A stretch of 57,088 nt of DNA from the IMG/VR virus record IMGVR_UViG_3300010232_000003. One strand, given 5' to 3'. The position numbers and the translations under genes were made by a program. Below, piece by piece: positions 19,155-29,688 of the stretch. Origin of the DNA: a virus. Within the stretch, counting starts at the first letter, position 1. Each line of letters starts with the position of its first letter. The notes below the pieces were generated by a model. The model did no database searches. It was not told the origin of the DNA and saw only the letters and a list, made by a program, of their open reading frames with translations.

Positions 19155-20434
19155 GCTATCGACAACCCAGCGGTACCGCCGCCTTGCGGTTCGAACGTGT
19201 TATCCAGTGTCATCTGTGTTTGCTCGGCTTCGTGTGACACGCTCCCGGGCTCCACGAGCTTCGCGTCACTCAACGTCACGGTGTCACCAGACTGGAACGT
19301 CCACACGATGTCAGCACCGTTATTCGTGAGTGAACGCTTCAAATCGCTGTACGACTCGGTCTCGCCGTACACAGTAGCGGTTAACTGCGTGTCGCGGACG
19401 CCTTCCTCGATGACTTGACGGAACGAGTCATCGCGCATCCGCGTGTTCAGGTTGTTATCCACCGAGAGCTCCTTCGAATTGATCTCGAGCCAATACGTCG
19501 ACGAACCACCGAGCGTGATCTCGTCTTGCAACGTCCGGTAATACGACGAACCGATAGCGGTCGCGTGACTCCCAGAGCCCAGCGCCGGGACGCCATGCGC
19601 GCCCTCGACACCAGCGTACGTGTTCGAGCCCTCGATCTCAGTGACCGTGTTCCCCGAGCTAGTCGCCGAGACCGTGACCGTGCCAATAGTGTCCGTCGGG
19701 TTCCCGGATCCATCCGTGACGTATATCGCGTCCACGTCGCTGAACGACGCAGTCGTCGTCACAGTGGTCGTGCCACTCAAGTTAACGGATTCCGATGTAC
19801 CCGCGCCCTCGTCCTCGATGACCACGGTTTGAGACGTGTCACTACTATCACTCGAGACGACGTCTAGGGTATCCGAGGACGCGGGTTGATCGATTTGATG
19901 TCGCCGCACGTACTCGAATTGATACGTGACCTCGACCATCACGGGTTGCTGGTCCGATGGGTCCACGGTGACAGAGACGTCGGAGACTTTCCCGCCGATC
20001 CCGACGGTGTATAATCGACTCGCGAGCGCCGTGCCACCGTTCAGCGTGGAATCCGCGGCTAGTTGACCTTTGTCCTCGCGGTCCACTACTGTGATAGTCG
20101 CTGGGAGTAACTGGTCGGAGTCCCGTGTCATCCCGTACCCAGCGGCGTCTTGCGCGTCCCCGTTACCGTCGACGAACCAGCGCTGTAACGCGTACGAAAC
20201 CGTGACTTCGTGTTCCTCGGGCGCTTTATCGAACTCGTCGACGTCCGCGTCACTCAGCCCGCGGTCGCCCTCGAGGTTCGGTGACGGCGACCACTCCACT
20301 GAGTACACGCGGTCGGAGAACCGTTCCCACGACGGGTTACTCGGTGGTCGCGGTACCCCGCTCGAGTCAGTGTTTTCCGTCGCGAACTCGGTTCGATGGT
20401 TCCGTAAACCGGATTCAGGTCTAGTCGTACTCAT
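19151..20434 (-). CDS. Major tail protein (putative)
   Basis: 427-aa ORF between the head-tail joining genes and the chaperone. No sheath/tube pair is seen. Confidence 0.5.
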   Translation of the reverse strand: MSTTRPESGLRNHRTEFATENTDSSGVPRPPSNPSWERFSDRVYSVEWSPSPNLEGDRGLSDADVDEFDKAPEEHEVTVSYALQRWFVDGNGDAQDAAGYGMTRDSDQLLPATITVVDREDKGQLAADSTLNGGTALASRLYTVGIGGKVSDVSVTVDPSDQQPVMVEVTYQFEYVRRHQIDQPASSDTLDVVSSDSSDTSQTVVIEDEGAGTSESVNLSGTTTVTTTASFSDVDAIYVTDGSGNPTDTIGTVTVSATSSGNTVTEIEGSNTYAGVEGAHGVPALGSGSHATAIGSSYYRTLQDEITLGGSSTYWLEINSKELSVDNNLNTRMRDDSFRQVIEEGVRDTQLTATVYGETESYSDLKRSLTNNGADIVWTFQSGDTVTLSDAKLVEPGSVSHEAEQTQMTLDNTFEPQGGGTAGLSIA

Positions 20435-20624
20435 AGCTCACAGTGTCGTTATCGTCTTCCGCTCGCTCTATGTGCGGATAATGCTCGATCATCGATTCCC
20501 CTACCTCAGTCGTCACGTTCGCTTTCCAGTTCTCGGTAAACTCCACGGTTTCACCGAGCGTACCTTCAGGATCCGATAACTCGTCAGTCGGGCGCGCCTC
20601 GGGTTCAGTGTTCTTTACCCACAT
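20421..20624 (-). CDS. Hypothetical protein
   Basis: Acidic 67-aa ORF in the morphogenesis operon. Confidence 0.5.
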   Translation of the reverse strand: MWVKNTEPEARPTDELSDPEGTLGETVEFTENWKANVTTEVGESMIEHYPHIERAEDDNDTVSYEYD

Positions 20625-20729
20625 CGATGTGTAATCGCCACGTAGTAACGCGTCGCGTCGCGATTCAACCGGTCCAACGTTCGAACCGGGGTATAACAGT
20701 CCATCACTGGGCGTTCAGTGACGGGTTCT

Positions 20730-21218
20730 TTAGTCACGGTAGTTGAACCCTACCGTGACGAGGTACCGGAACACGACTTTCCGGCGCTCTGTTTCTTGAA
20801 ACGGTTCCCGTGACAGCCACGCGATGACTTCCACTGGGGTGTTCCCGGTGCTCGGGTTCACGGGTTGATCCGCGTTAGCCTTGATGATCCGTCGTATCTC
20901 CTCCGTTACTTGGTAGTTGTATTGCCGCGGGTTATCTGTGTTTGGACCCGGCATATCGGATCGACGGCTCCACGCGTTCACGTCGATCGTGCCAGCGAAC
21001 TCTTGACCGGGTTCACCTGTTTGGTTGATCGATTGATACCCTGTGTCACCGCCGGACACCGTCGAGTCCTCTGGTTGACCGATAGTGACCTGGGGGTTAC
21101 CGCCGTCGTCGTCAAACCAACCGTAATGAATATCTGGCTTGAAATCGTACGTGTTACTCGGGGTCCACGAGTCCTCGAGTAAATCATGGACCAACACCTC
21201 GGGTGCTTCCTCGGGCAT
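20730..21218 (-). CDS. Head-tail joining / tail terminator protein (putative)
   Basis: Assigned by position in the neck gene series. Confidence 0.5.
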   Translation of the reverse strand: MPEEAPEVLVHDLLEDSWTPSNTYDFKPDIHYGWFDDDGGNPQVTIGQPEDSTVSGGDTGYQSINQTGEPGQEFAGTIDVNAWSRRSDMPGPNTDNPRQYNYQVTEEIRRIIKANADQPVNPSTGNTPVEVIAWLSREPFQETERRKVVFRYLVTVGFNYRD

Positions 21219-21221
21219 GGT

Positions 21222-21587
21222 TCACGTTTCCCTTACTGACGCGAGCCGGACGAGCCCGTTGTCCTGTACGTCTACCAACATGACTATCATCGTCTCGCCA
21301 TCGACGTCGATCTCCGACGCGCCCTGCCCGGCGCCATCAGTGATCTCGGAGACGCCACCAGCCGCGTTTTCCTGTATCCACACGTCGACGTCGATATCAA
21401 CGTCGCTACCGTGCGCGTCGATCACTTGGCTCGGCGTGGACTTGTAATCCACCCTCGCCGAGACGTCGTATGGAGACCCAGTGGTTTCACTGTACTCCGG
21501 TCGATCCGTCCCAGTCTCCACGTAGTTCCGAATCGTAACGGTTCTCCCCACGCGGTCCAGTGCCCTCGACACAGCGGAGCGAATCAT
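21222..21587 (-). CDS. Head-tail adaptor (putative)
   Basis: Assigned by position in the neck gene series. Confidence 0.5.
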   Translation of the reverse strand: MIRSAVSRALDRVGRTVTIRNYVETGTDRPEYSETTGSPYDVSARVDYKSTPSQVIDAHGSDVDIDVDVWIQENAAGGVSEITDGAGQGASEIDVDGETMIVMLVDVQDNGLVRLASVRET

Positions 21588-21926
21588 TCACTTAATCCTC
21601 TGGGCTCGGATACTGCCCTTGAGATTACCGGTGTCAACCGGTGCTTTATCTTTCGCTTCCGCTTCTATCGCGAGAGCGACGGCGCTCACGAACCCCGATA
21701 ACGTCTCGTAGTCGCTCGAAACGTATCTCTCCGGGTCCCGAGCGACTTGCCGAGCAGCTGGGCGGAGATACGGGTGCGCTGCTTGAACAGACGTACCGAA
21801 CTCGACGAAAGCCGCGTACTCGACGTTCGTGCCAACGACGTACACGACGTCCTCCGCATCCGCGAAGTCCCGTGCTCGACGGAACGCGTCAACGGTTTCC
21901 GCGAACCCGAGTAACTGCATTGTCAC
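21588..21926 (-). CDS. HK97 gp10-family head-tail protein
   Basis: NVEYAAFVEFGTS..AHPYLRPAA resembles the gp10-family signature. Confidence 0.65.
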   Translation of the reverse strand: MTMQLLGFAETVDAFRRARDFADAEDVVYVVGTNVEYAAFVEFGTSVQAAHPYLRPAARQVARDPERYVSSDYETLSGFVSAVALAIEAEAKDKAPVDTGNLKGSIRAQRIK

Positions 21927-22303
21927 TCGATGTTCCTCCCGTCGAGAACGCGGATATCCGCCCGGGGTTTATCCGCGTCTTCCTCGAAGAACTCAGTGGT
22001 GTCGAGTCGCAACGCTGTTCGCCAGTAATCCGTGGTCTCCGTGGTTCCCTTGTAATCGAATTGCGCGTCTCCAATCGTTTCCTCTGAGACCCGTGGGTCT
22101 TGCGTCGCCGCGTAGTGAGCAGCGAGGTTCTTCTCGATGAGCTTTAACCGGTTACTCGACAACTCGCCATGGGACTCGACGTCGTCCGTCGTCTCAGCCG
22201 CCATGTTAACCCAGTTGTGCAACTGGGAGTCGTCGAGATCCGTGTCGAAAATCTCTTTCACCTCGGATGCCGTGTTACGAGCATTCGAGTTAAGAGACGC
22301 CAT
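21923..22303 (-). CDS. Head-tail connector (putative)
   Basis: Lies downstream of the capsid gene. Overlapping stop/start. Confidence 0.5.
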   Translation of the reverse strand: MASLNSNARNTASEVKEIFDTDLDDSQLHNWVNMAAETTDDVESHGELSSNRLKLIEKNLAAHYAATQDPRVSEETIGDAQFDYKGTTETTDYWRTALRLDTTEFFEEDADKPRADIRVLDGRNIE

Positions 22304-22304
22304 G

Positions 22305-22658
22305 TTAGCTCCGATGCTCAGCTATCGCGTCGTGCACGCCGTCTCTATCGTCGTTACTCGACTCCGTTTCCTCGAGCTCGTCGAGCGCCTCGGAACCGTA
22401 CTCTTCACCGTTCAACGCTTCCTCGACTTCATCGACGGTCATGTCACTGGGGTCGAACGGCGCTTCACTCGTGGACTCGTCGCTATCGCGGAGCTCCCTG
22501 AACCGTTCAGGGAACGCTTCGAGCTCCGCTTCCGTCGGAGTGATCTCGTCGCCGACCTCGAACGCGTCCATGCCTCCCATCCCAGCGGGTTCATCGGGCG
22601 CGCGAGACGACGAGCGGTAATGCCGCTTGTTCACTACTTCGTGTGTGTGCCCAGTCAT
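22305..22658 (-). CDS. Acidic hypothetical protein
   Basis: 117-aa ORF directly after the capsid gene. Confidence 0.55.
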   Translation of the reverse strand: MTGHTHEVVNKRHYRSSSRAPDEPAGMGGMDAFEVGDEITPTEAELEAFPERFRELRDSDESTSEAPFDPSDMTVDEVEEALNGEEYGSEALDELEETESSNDDRDGVHDAIAEHRS

Positions 22659-22661
22659 TGG

Positions 22662-23675
22662 TTAGATACCAGTGAGGTGAACGACACCGGATTGACCGGA
22701 GCTATCCGCCTTGATCTCCGGCGCCATCGCCGCCATGACCTTGTAGTGATTCGTCATCCCGGAACCGCTTTGCCACTCGATCGTCTGGACGTCTTCAGCG
22801 ACGGCGAGCTCGACGACATCCGGGCTCGGGTCGACCATCACGGCTTCGCCGTCCGGGAGGAACGACGCGCGTCGAACCGCACCGATCTCCGGGTCGAACT
22901 CGTTGGTAACGCGTTCCCGGACCGTCAAGTTACCGTCTCCATCCGGGTCCACAGCGGATCGGAACTCGCGGTACTGCGTCGGCGCGACGTACATCCAGAA
23001 CCCACCAGCTGTGCGTTCATCGGTGTCGAGCGCGTCGAGCGACGACACGATGTCGTCTCGGATGTTCCCAGCGGTGCCCCAATCGGAGCCCGCAACGGTG
23101 TTCCGGTTCGGGTGCGTCGTGTACCCGTACAGGGTGAACGTGTCACCGCTCGAGTCCCGAACCGTGGGGTCCCATCCCTGGAACAAGATACGCTCGAGCA
23201 TCTCCGTGACTGACACCGTGGCTTGCGCGACGCCATCAGTCCTGAGATCGTTCCCCATCCGACGGCTTGACTGTAGGTCTCGATCAGAGACCCGGAAGTC
23301 CTTGTGAACGATGGGGATCGGGACACCGGAAGTCGAATACGTCGGACGGTCTTCTTGTGACCGTGTCTCGCCGTCCATCGTGACGTCGGCGTCCGACATC
23401 TCACCGCCTCGCGACCAGAGATCGACTTTCGTCGCGAGACTGAGATCGCGCGTGAGACCCGCGTCCTGTAAGTCCTCGATCCCAACGGTGGTTTCTTGAT
23501 ACACCGATACCATCCGGTCGGAGAGCGTCTCCCACTCTTCTTCTTCGAGTGTCGTGGCGTTCGCAGCGATTTCACGGCGCTCCTCGACGTTCGCCATGAA
23601 ATAATCCATACCGACGCCAAAGGCGCCATCGACCGCTTCTTCACCGGTGTCGATGTTTGCTCCAGTAGCGCTCAT
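22662..23675 (-). CDS. Major capsid protein (HK97 fold, encapsulin-like)
   Basis: 337 aa. Position after the protease/scaffold genes. Resembles the linocin/encapsulin-type capsid family. Confidence 0.8.
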   Translation of the reverse strand: MSATGANIDTGEEAVDGAFGVGMDYFMANVEERREIAANATTLEEEEWETLSDRMVSVYQETTVGIEDLQDAGLTRDLSLATKVDLWSRGGEMSDADVTMDGETRSQEDRPTYSTSGVPIPIVHKDFRVSDRDLQSSRRMGNDLRTDGVAQATVSVTEMLERILFQGWDPTVRDSSGDTFTLYGYTTHPNRNTVAGSDWGTAGNIRDDIVSSLDALDTDERTAGGFWMYVAPTQYREFRSAVDPDGDGNLTVRERVTNEFDPEIGAVRRASFLPDGEAVMVDPSPDVVELAVAEDVQTIEWQSGSGMTNHYKVMAAMAPEIKADSSGQSGVVHLTGI

Positions 23676-24194
23676 TTACACGGCCTCCACTTCTATACGA
23701 GCGGGGTCACTCCCGCCCGAGTTATCCACGTCTTCGAGTGCCACGCCAACGATACTACCAGCGTCGTCGTTCGCGCTATCGTATGCCCGGAGTGTACCGT
23801 CCTGACCACCACCGGAATACGTCACGAGCTTATCTCCGGTGGAAATGTTCGCATTACCGGAAACGTCGGTACCCGCTCCGCCAGCGTTTCCACCACCGAA
23901 CACGAAACCGTCGAACTCGTCACCGGTTTCCAGCGGTAGATACCGTAGTTCATCGCCGGCCTCATAGTCGTCGGATTTCTCCCGTCCAGCAGTGGTGTAC
24001 ACGAGGGCTACGCGGAACGGTCCACCCGCCGCGTCCGTGCTAACCCGAGTGAAGTTACGTTCCGTCGATGCCCCAGCGGTGTTCACGCCACCGAGCTCGA
24101 TCACGTCACCCGGCGTGATCGTGCCGTTCGCGCGGTCTCTCTTCACGGTTCCCGGGTCGTCGTCCGCACGGAGAAGCACTGTGTCGTCAGCCAT
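23676..24194 (-). CDS. Capsid decoration or scaffold-like protein (putative)
   Basis: 172-aa ORF between the protease/scaffold gene and the capsid gene. Confidence 0.45.
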   Translation of the reverse strand: MADDTVLLRADDDPGTVKRDRANGTITPGDVIELGGVNTAGASTERNFTRVSTDAAGGPFRVALVYTTAGREKSDDYEAGDELRYLPLETGDEFDGFVFGGGNAGGAGTDVSGNANISTGDKLVTYSGGGQDGTLRAYDSANDDAGSIVGVALEDVDNSGGSDPARIEVEAV

Positions 24195-25882
24195 TAATCG
24201 TCACCGTCCATCCGCTCGGTGACCGATAACGCGGGCATCTCCGAGCCATCGGTTTCTTGATTCGCCGAGACGCCGCGAGTCGCCCCGAAGTCCGGTGACG
24301 GATCTGAGTCACTGACTTCGTCCGAGAGTTTCTCGAGCACGGGTACTGGTGAATCCATCAGGGTCTCGTGGTCGTCGTCACCGTAATCGTCCGAGTTCCC
24401 GATGATCTCGTCGGCGAGTTCCTCTTTCTCACGCGCCTCTTGATTCGCGGCGAGCGCCTCGTCGACGCGTTCATCGACGATGCCCTCGATGGTTTCCTCG
24501 AACGCTTCCTCTGAGTCGAAGGTCACCGCGGGTTCTTGCTCGTCGTCGTCTGGCTCCTCGGGGTCCTCGGTATCTTCGTCGCTCGGTTCCTCACTGTCCG
24601 TGTTACCCGCGAACTCGTCGTAGATCCGGTCGAAGCACTCTGTGTCTTCCTCCGGGAGATTCTCGGCGTTGAAACCGAGATCGACGAGTTCACTGGTTCG
24701 CTCTGTTTCGCTCACAGTTGAACTTTCGTGTCGCCCGGGTTCCGCCGGGTCGTCGTTCGCGTCGTTGTTCCAACTAAGCATCGCGAGACCGCGCTTGATC
24801 AGGGTCTTCGCGTTCGACGAGAGATCCCGATCGAACTCCGATTCAAGCAAGCTCGTAGCCGTGCTCGCCGCGTTTTCGTACGCTTCATCGGGGATATCGG
24901 CATTGGACCCGCGACCGCTAATCACTGCTTCGAGTGCTCCCTCGTTTAACTCCCCGGTGTCATGGTTCACCACGGGGAAGAAGTACAGGTCCCGCCAATC
25001 CTCCGCGTCGGTCTCGCCGAGCAACGTGTGTTCAGCGATCGTCTCTCGTTGTTCGGAGGTGAGCTCTTCGACGGAATCAGCATCGATGTCGAGCGCATCG
25101 GTAACCGCTGTTAGCGTCTTAGATACGTCGCTCCAAGACGTCGACTCCGTGCCCTCGTATTCCGGTGTCCGAGCGTTCTCCCGAACATTGAACGAATCCG
25201 TCATGTCGCCAGTAACCTCGCCCAGCCCGGTCTCGGGACTCACGGGGTCATCGGGGTCTTGACTTACACTAACGGCGTTGAGCATTAACCCGACGTTTGC
25301 ATTCGCCGCTACTGCGTTCGGTCCAGCCATGCACCCATCTGTTATCGAGCACCGGCCCTCGCGATCCCGGAGAAGCGCCACGTGGTCTGGCCTGAGGTTC
25401 CCGACGACGCGGTTTCGTTCCTCGCCATCGTACTCACCCGACGGGAGCCTGATACCGCCGTAAGACGCAGAGACACCAATAGTCCGGTTACTCGCCAGTT
25501 CCTCCTTTATCTCACTTGCTTCACCTCCGATTGACTCGGTTTTCTCCACGTTTATCCATACTTCTCCGCGCGTCTCCGCATCTCCGTTGACTTTGGTCTC
25601 CGTGTTATCGATGAACCCGATCGGTGATTTATCCGCTGTGGGGTTGTTGATACTAACGAGTTTACCGTACTCGTCTCGAGGGTGATCCGCGATTACTGGT
25701 GTCCCGGGCCATTCATCCGTTGCTTTCTCGACTTCGCGTTTCGGGACGTACCCGCGATGTAAATCCATCGACTTGATAAACGTGACTGGTGCCACGAGGT
25801 ACTCTGCGCCATCAGTTTCCTCTATTCGAACGTCCCCGGTGGGAGAAGCGTTGATAAACGTTTCAGTCATGTTCTTAGCCAC
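24194..25882 (-). CDS. Prohead protease / scaffold fusion (putative)
   Basis: 562 aa. Globular N-terminal half and an extremely acidic, helical C-terminal half. Assigned by position. Confidence 0.45.
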   Translation of the reverse strand: MAKNMTETFINASPTGDVRIEETDGAEYLVAPVTFIKSMDLHRGYVPKREVEKATDEWPGTPVIADHPRDEYGKLVSINNPTADKSPIGFIDNTETKVNGDAETRGEVWINVEKTESIGGEASEIKEELASNRTIGVSASYGGIRLPSGEYDGEERNRVVGNLRPDHVALLRDREGRCSITDGCMAGPNAVAANANVGLMLNAVSVSQDPDDPVSPETGLGEVTGDMTDSFNVRENARTPEYEGTESTSWSDVSKTLTAVTDALDIDADSVEELTSEQRETIAEHTLLGETDAEDWRDLYFFPVVNHDTGELNEGALEAVISGRGSNADIPDEAYENAASTATSLLESEFDRDLSSNAKTLIKRGLAMLSWNNDANDDPAEPGRHESSTVSETERTSELVDLGFNAENLPEEDTECFDRIYDEFAGNTDSEEPSDEDTEDPEEPDDDEQEPAVTFDSEEAFEETIEGIVDERVDEALAANQEAREKEELADEIIGNSDDYGDDDHETLMDSPVPVLEKLSDEVSDSDPSPDFGATRGVSANQETDGSEMPALSVTERMDGDD

Positions 25883-26129
25883 CGTTTATCACCGACCACG
25901 CTTCCTTAACCGCTGGGCCAAATACATATATCAACGCGGCGATGAACGCGCCGGAATCGATGAACCACCATGCTTGAGGAACCGTGGATAAATCGATGTA
26001 CGGAGTCGTCGCGAGTGACACCAACGTTACGTAGTGCCCGATGATTAACAGGGATACAACCGTTGATAGCCACTCCGCGCGGAACTTCGAGTGCTCGGTT
26101 ATGTAATCGTCGTCCGGTTTATCACTCAT
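25875..26129 (-). CDS. Small membrane protein (two TM helices)
   Basis: Trimmed to ATG 26129. Hydrophobic segments VVSLLIIGHYVTLVSL and FIDSGAFIAALIYVF. Confidence 0.5.
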   Translation of the reverse strand: MSDKPDDDYITEHSKFRAEWLSTVVSLLIIGHYVTLVSLATTPYIDLSTVPQAWWFIDSGAFIAALIYVFGPAVKEAWSVINGG

Positions 26130-26131
26130 TG

Positions 26132-26962
26132 TTACACCACTGGGAGTAACGCGCACCGGCAATTCGGGTGAGCCGGTGGTCTAACCGGGTACTCTTGCTC
26201 TTGAAACGTGAACGATCCAGACCGCGCGTCTTGAACGGTAAACGTTTCCCCCTCTAACGCTTTGCAAATCGGGCACACACGCAAGTCAGCAGCCGTTGAC
26301 CACTCCGCTTGAACCGTGACTTCGTCGACATCGAATCGCTCGAAGCGATTCAGCGTCGCTTCTGAGTGCGCCCTGATTACCTCGGTTCTCGCGAGCGTCG
26401 TGGATCTCCGTTTCCCGACCTCGTCGACCGAGCTCGTGATACTACGCGCTATCTTCCGAGGGTTCTCACCTCTCTGGAACCCGTTCGCTAGCTCCCTACT
26501 AATGCGTTGATTCATCGCTTCGGTTATCCCGTTTAATTCCTCGAAGTTCCGCGTGAACAGGAACGAGACGGTTTCTTGATGAATCGGGAGATTAAATATA
26601 TTAGCGACGTTTTCCTCGGGTACATCGAGCCCCTCGCCTCTCAACGACTGCGTCGCGTGCTCGACACCGCGCTCGTAACTACTCCTGACGAACGCGTTAT
26701 CGTTCTTCGTGACGATCTCGAGTAACCCGGTTTCTTCTTGCCGTCTGAGCCATCGGAGAAACGCCTCGGTTTTCTGGTCGTCCCGTGGGAACGCGAACAC
26801 GTTCGGCGGGACAGGATCCGATTGATTCATCGAGAACACGTCGGTTTGCGTGATAGCCTCTCGGATAACCGCGTTTAACCTAGCTAGCCACCCTCGGAGC
26901 CGTTGAGCGTATTTTTTCCGGATCGTCGTGGTCCGAGTAGGATCCCGAGTTGTGGCGCTCAT
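26132..26962 (-). CDS. Minor head morphogenesis protein (SPP1 gp7 / Mu F family)
   Basis: TTLARTEVIRAHSEA..VCPICKALEGE..PPAHPNCRCALLP. Confidence 0.8.
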   Translation of the reverse strand: MSATTRDPTRTTTIRKKYAQRLRGWLARLNAVIREAITQTDVFSMNQSDPVPPNVFAFPRDDQKTEAFLRWLRRQEETGLLEIVTKNDNAFVRSSYERGVEHATQSLRGEGLDVPEENVANIFNLPIHQETVSFLFTRNFEELNGITEAMNQRISRELANGFQRGENPRKIARSITSSVDEVGKRRSTTLARTEVIRAHSEATLNRFERFDVDEVTVQAEWSTAADLRVCPICKALEGETFTVQDARSGSFTFQEQEYPVRPPAHPNCRCALLPVV

Positions 26963-28401
26963 TCCTCGTCACCAAACGCTTCGTTGAACTGTCGCTGTAC
27001 TTGCCGGTTACCCTCGTCTAACACTGGCTCCGACGAACCACTGAGATCGGGTTTCTCACCGGTTTTAACGTACGACATGATCTCGTCGAACCCCGCGAGT
27101 AGATCCGTGTTACCCTTCGGGGCTATCTCAGAGATCACTTTCGCTCTATTGGCCTCGACTTCTGATTGCTCGAGCTCGTTTAACTCGAAGAGATTCGGCC
27201 ATTCAACGCTGTACACGTCGTTCGCTGGGCGCGATATGACCTCGAACTCGATTAACCGGTCGATGAACGGTCTAACGATCGCGGGCTCGACGAATTGGTT
27301 TCGCCGCGTCTCGACTTTCCCGAACCACGTCGCTCGATCCTGTGTCGACGCTAACTCGCCTCGCTCTGAACCTGTCAAGATCCGTTTCGGTATGCCCTTA
27401 GTGCCAGATATCGCGGAGAGAATCACGTCATGCACGCCGGACGGGTCGACTTCTTCACCGGAGATGACCTCGACGTCGGTGTTAAACGTTTTTATATAGT
27501 TCTGCATGTTATGAACGAGCTTCTGTACTTCCTCGTCGAGCTTCGCGAGCTCGTCGTCCGGGACGTCACTCGCGTTACCCGCGTCGACGTTGAATTGATA
27601 TCGTGGAGACGCCCCGGTCCAGAAGATCTCCGCACTAGACCCAACAGTTTTCTCTAAATCGATGAGCCGGTTGTACACGTCTTTCAACCGCGGCGTGCCA
27701 ATCAAATCGGATTCGTCCCTCCCATCCGATGGAACGTGGAGCACGCGAGTCCAATCCACCCAGTTCAAGTCACGAGTCTCCCCGAAGTCCAAACGGTACT
27801 CCACGGGTTTATTGTACCGTGGGTGAGACGTCGGTAATCCATGGTTCTTACCGAGCCGCCATTCATCGATCGAGTCCTGCGCGAACGGCACGAAGTGACT
27901 CACGGCTTCGGTTTCGTCGCTCGGTAACGACGACACGTCGACTTCCTCGTTGATCTCGGCGTCGTCCGTGAACCCGATGAACAACACGGCGTATTCCCCG
28001 ATCCCAGCGATGGTATCTGTTCTCCGAGCGTAGTGCCATGGTTTCACGGATTGCGTGAAGCGCTCGATCTCTCGCTCGAACGCCGTTTCGTCACTGGAAT
28101 CCGTGACGACGGGCGGCTCGGTCCACGAGTCCTCCGCGGGGAGCTCGACGATTCGCTTCCCGATGTTCCGCTCGTACTTCGCCCTGTAATCCGTGATCCG
28201 TATCTCTTCCGGGTACCCGAGAACGTCGTATATATCCCTGTCACCGTCGTATTGACGCCCTAAGCTACCAAGGTAATTCGAACGGATACCCGTCCTCGTG
28301 ACACCCGTAGCCCCTGCTTGAACGGTGTTGAGCGCGAGCCTCGTGGCTTCAGCGAACGTGCCCTCGTCGTACTCTTCACCGTTCCACGTAACTGTGCTCA
28401 T
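26959..28401 (-). CDS. Portal protein
   Basis: 480 aa. Position between the terminase region and the gp7-like gene. Confidence 0.75.
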   Translation of the reverse strand: MSTVTWNGEEYDEGTFAEATRLALNTVQAGATGVTRTGIRSNYLGSLGRQYDGDRDIYDVLGYPEEIRITDYRAKYERNIGKRIVELPAEDSWTEPPVVTDSSDETAFEREIERFTQSVKPWHYARRTDTIAGIGEYAVLFIGFTDDAEINEEVDVSSLPSDETEAVSHFVPFAQDSIDEWRLGKNHGLPTSHPRYNKPVEYRLDFGETRDLNWVDWTRVLHVPSDGRDESDLIGTPRLKDVYNRLIDLEKTVGSSAEIFWTGASPRYQFNVDAGNASDVPDDELAKLDEEVQKLVHNMQNYIKTFNTDVEVISGEEVDPSGVHDVILSAISGTKGIPKRILTGSERGELASTQDRATWFGKVETRRNQFVEPAIVRPFIDRLIEFEVISRPANDVYSVEWPNLFELNELEQSEVEANRAKVISEIAPKGNTDLLAGFDEIMSYVKTGEKPDLSGSSEPVLDEGNRQVQRQFNEAFGDEE

Positions 28402-28403
28402 CG

Positions 28404-29684
28404 CTACACACCCCCAGCTTTGAGGGTAAACGCTTCTAGCGTCAAATCCGTCGAGTCACCCGTGTTCTCGATCGCCACCGAGAACTGGTCATCGCTCGTA
28501 ATCGATGGAATAATCGTCGAGACATCGACGGTGTCCGGTTCATTCGCTCCCGAGATCGTGCTCTCGACTTTTGACCGGTCGAGCGTAGAGCCATTTAACT
28601 GTATCGCGACCGTGTACGTCGTGTTTGACTCGGATACGGATACCGTAGCGTCTACCTCGATGTTACCATCGAAGAACGCGTTGTACTGTAACACGCCAGG
28701 TGACGGGTTCGAGATCCGTTCAGCTAAGTTCAGTGTATACGTTCCATCAGTGATCGTGACTTCACCGGTACCGGAACCGGTTATCGTTGGAGCCGTGCCG
28801 TCCTCGACGAGTTCACCGGCGACTTGACTATCCGCGATCGGTAAACTGTTACTGACGAACGCGCCGGGTTCGTCGCGACGCGCCTGCCCGGAAAGGATAT
28901 TGGACTTCGTCACGGTGTCGTCGTGATCGACGTTTTGATACTTCACGTACTCGTTCACAGTCGCAGCGGTATCGATATCGAGGACTTTCGTGTCGGATCG
29001 AACGTCTTTCACGTAACACCCGTCTACCTTGAATATCTGTACGTTTAGATCGGCGTCTCCCCGGATACACGTCACCCCGGTCCCGACGTTTCGCAACGGG
29101 CACGTCTGGAAGAACACTTTATCCGGGTTCCCAGTAACCGTAATCCCGGAGTTAAAGTGCTCGAAGTTCACGGATTTAAAAGACACGACTTTATATCCAC
29201 CAATCGTGCCGAGATCCGCGATGTCACCAAAGAGATTATCCGGGTCAAAGAACGCGGTGTCAGTCACGTAGAACCTCGTCGAGTTATCAGCCGAGAGATC
29301 GAACAACGTCCCACCGGGAGCGTGTCCATAGAAATTATCAGCGTAAAACCCCGTGCCATCAGTTTGGAACGCGACGTCGCCACCAGTATGGATATACCCA
29401 CCCGCTGCTCCGTGTATCCCAACTAACGGGACGCCATTCGGGTCCAGCGTCGCGTCGTCGGAGATGAATCGAGAGAAAAAATACGCCCTCGCGGAGCCAT
29501 CCAACGTACGCACACCGCTCTCCACTGGCGGTAAATCGTCGACGGCGTTAACCCATTGAACACCGTTCAACCGGCCTTTATCGAATTTAAACGTACGTCC
29601 TGTTGGCGCGTGCTCGAACTCGATGGCTTCACCGCTAGAAGGGTCAGTACGGAGATAATACTCGCCGAGCGTTAAATCCTTCAT
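28404..29684 (-). CDS. Predicted right-handed beta-helix protein
   Basis: Trimmed to ATG 29684 (MKDLTLGEYY). Gly/Asp/Asn/Val-rich repetitive short strands. Confidence 0.55.
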   Translation of the reverse strand: MKDLTLGEYYLRTDPSSGEAIEFEHAPTGRTFKFDKGRLNGVQWVNAVDDLPPVESGVRTLDGSARAYFFSRFISDDATLDPNGVPLVGIHGAAGGYIHTGGDVAFQTDGTGFYADNFYGHAPGGTLFDLSADNSTRFYVTDTAFFDPDNLFGDIADLGTIGGYKVVSFKSVNFEHFNSGITVTGNPDKVFFQTCPLRNVGTGVTCIRGDADLNVQIFKVDGCYVKDVRSDTKVLDIDTAATVNEYVKYQNVDHDDTVTKSNILSGQARRDEPGAFVSNSLPIADSQVAGELVEDGTAPTITGSGTGEVTITDGTYTLNLAERISNPSPGVLQYNAFFDGNIEVDATVSVSESNTTYTVAIQLNGSTLDRSKVESTISGANEPDTVDVSTIIPSITSDDQFSVAIENTGDSTDLTLEAFTLKAGGV

Positions 29685-29688
29685 GGTT

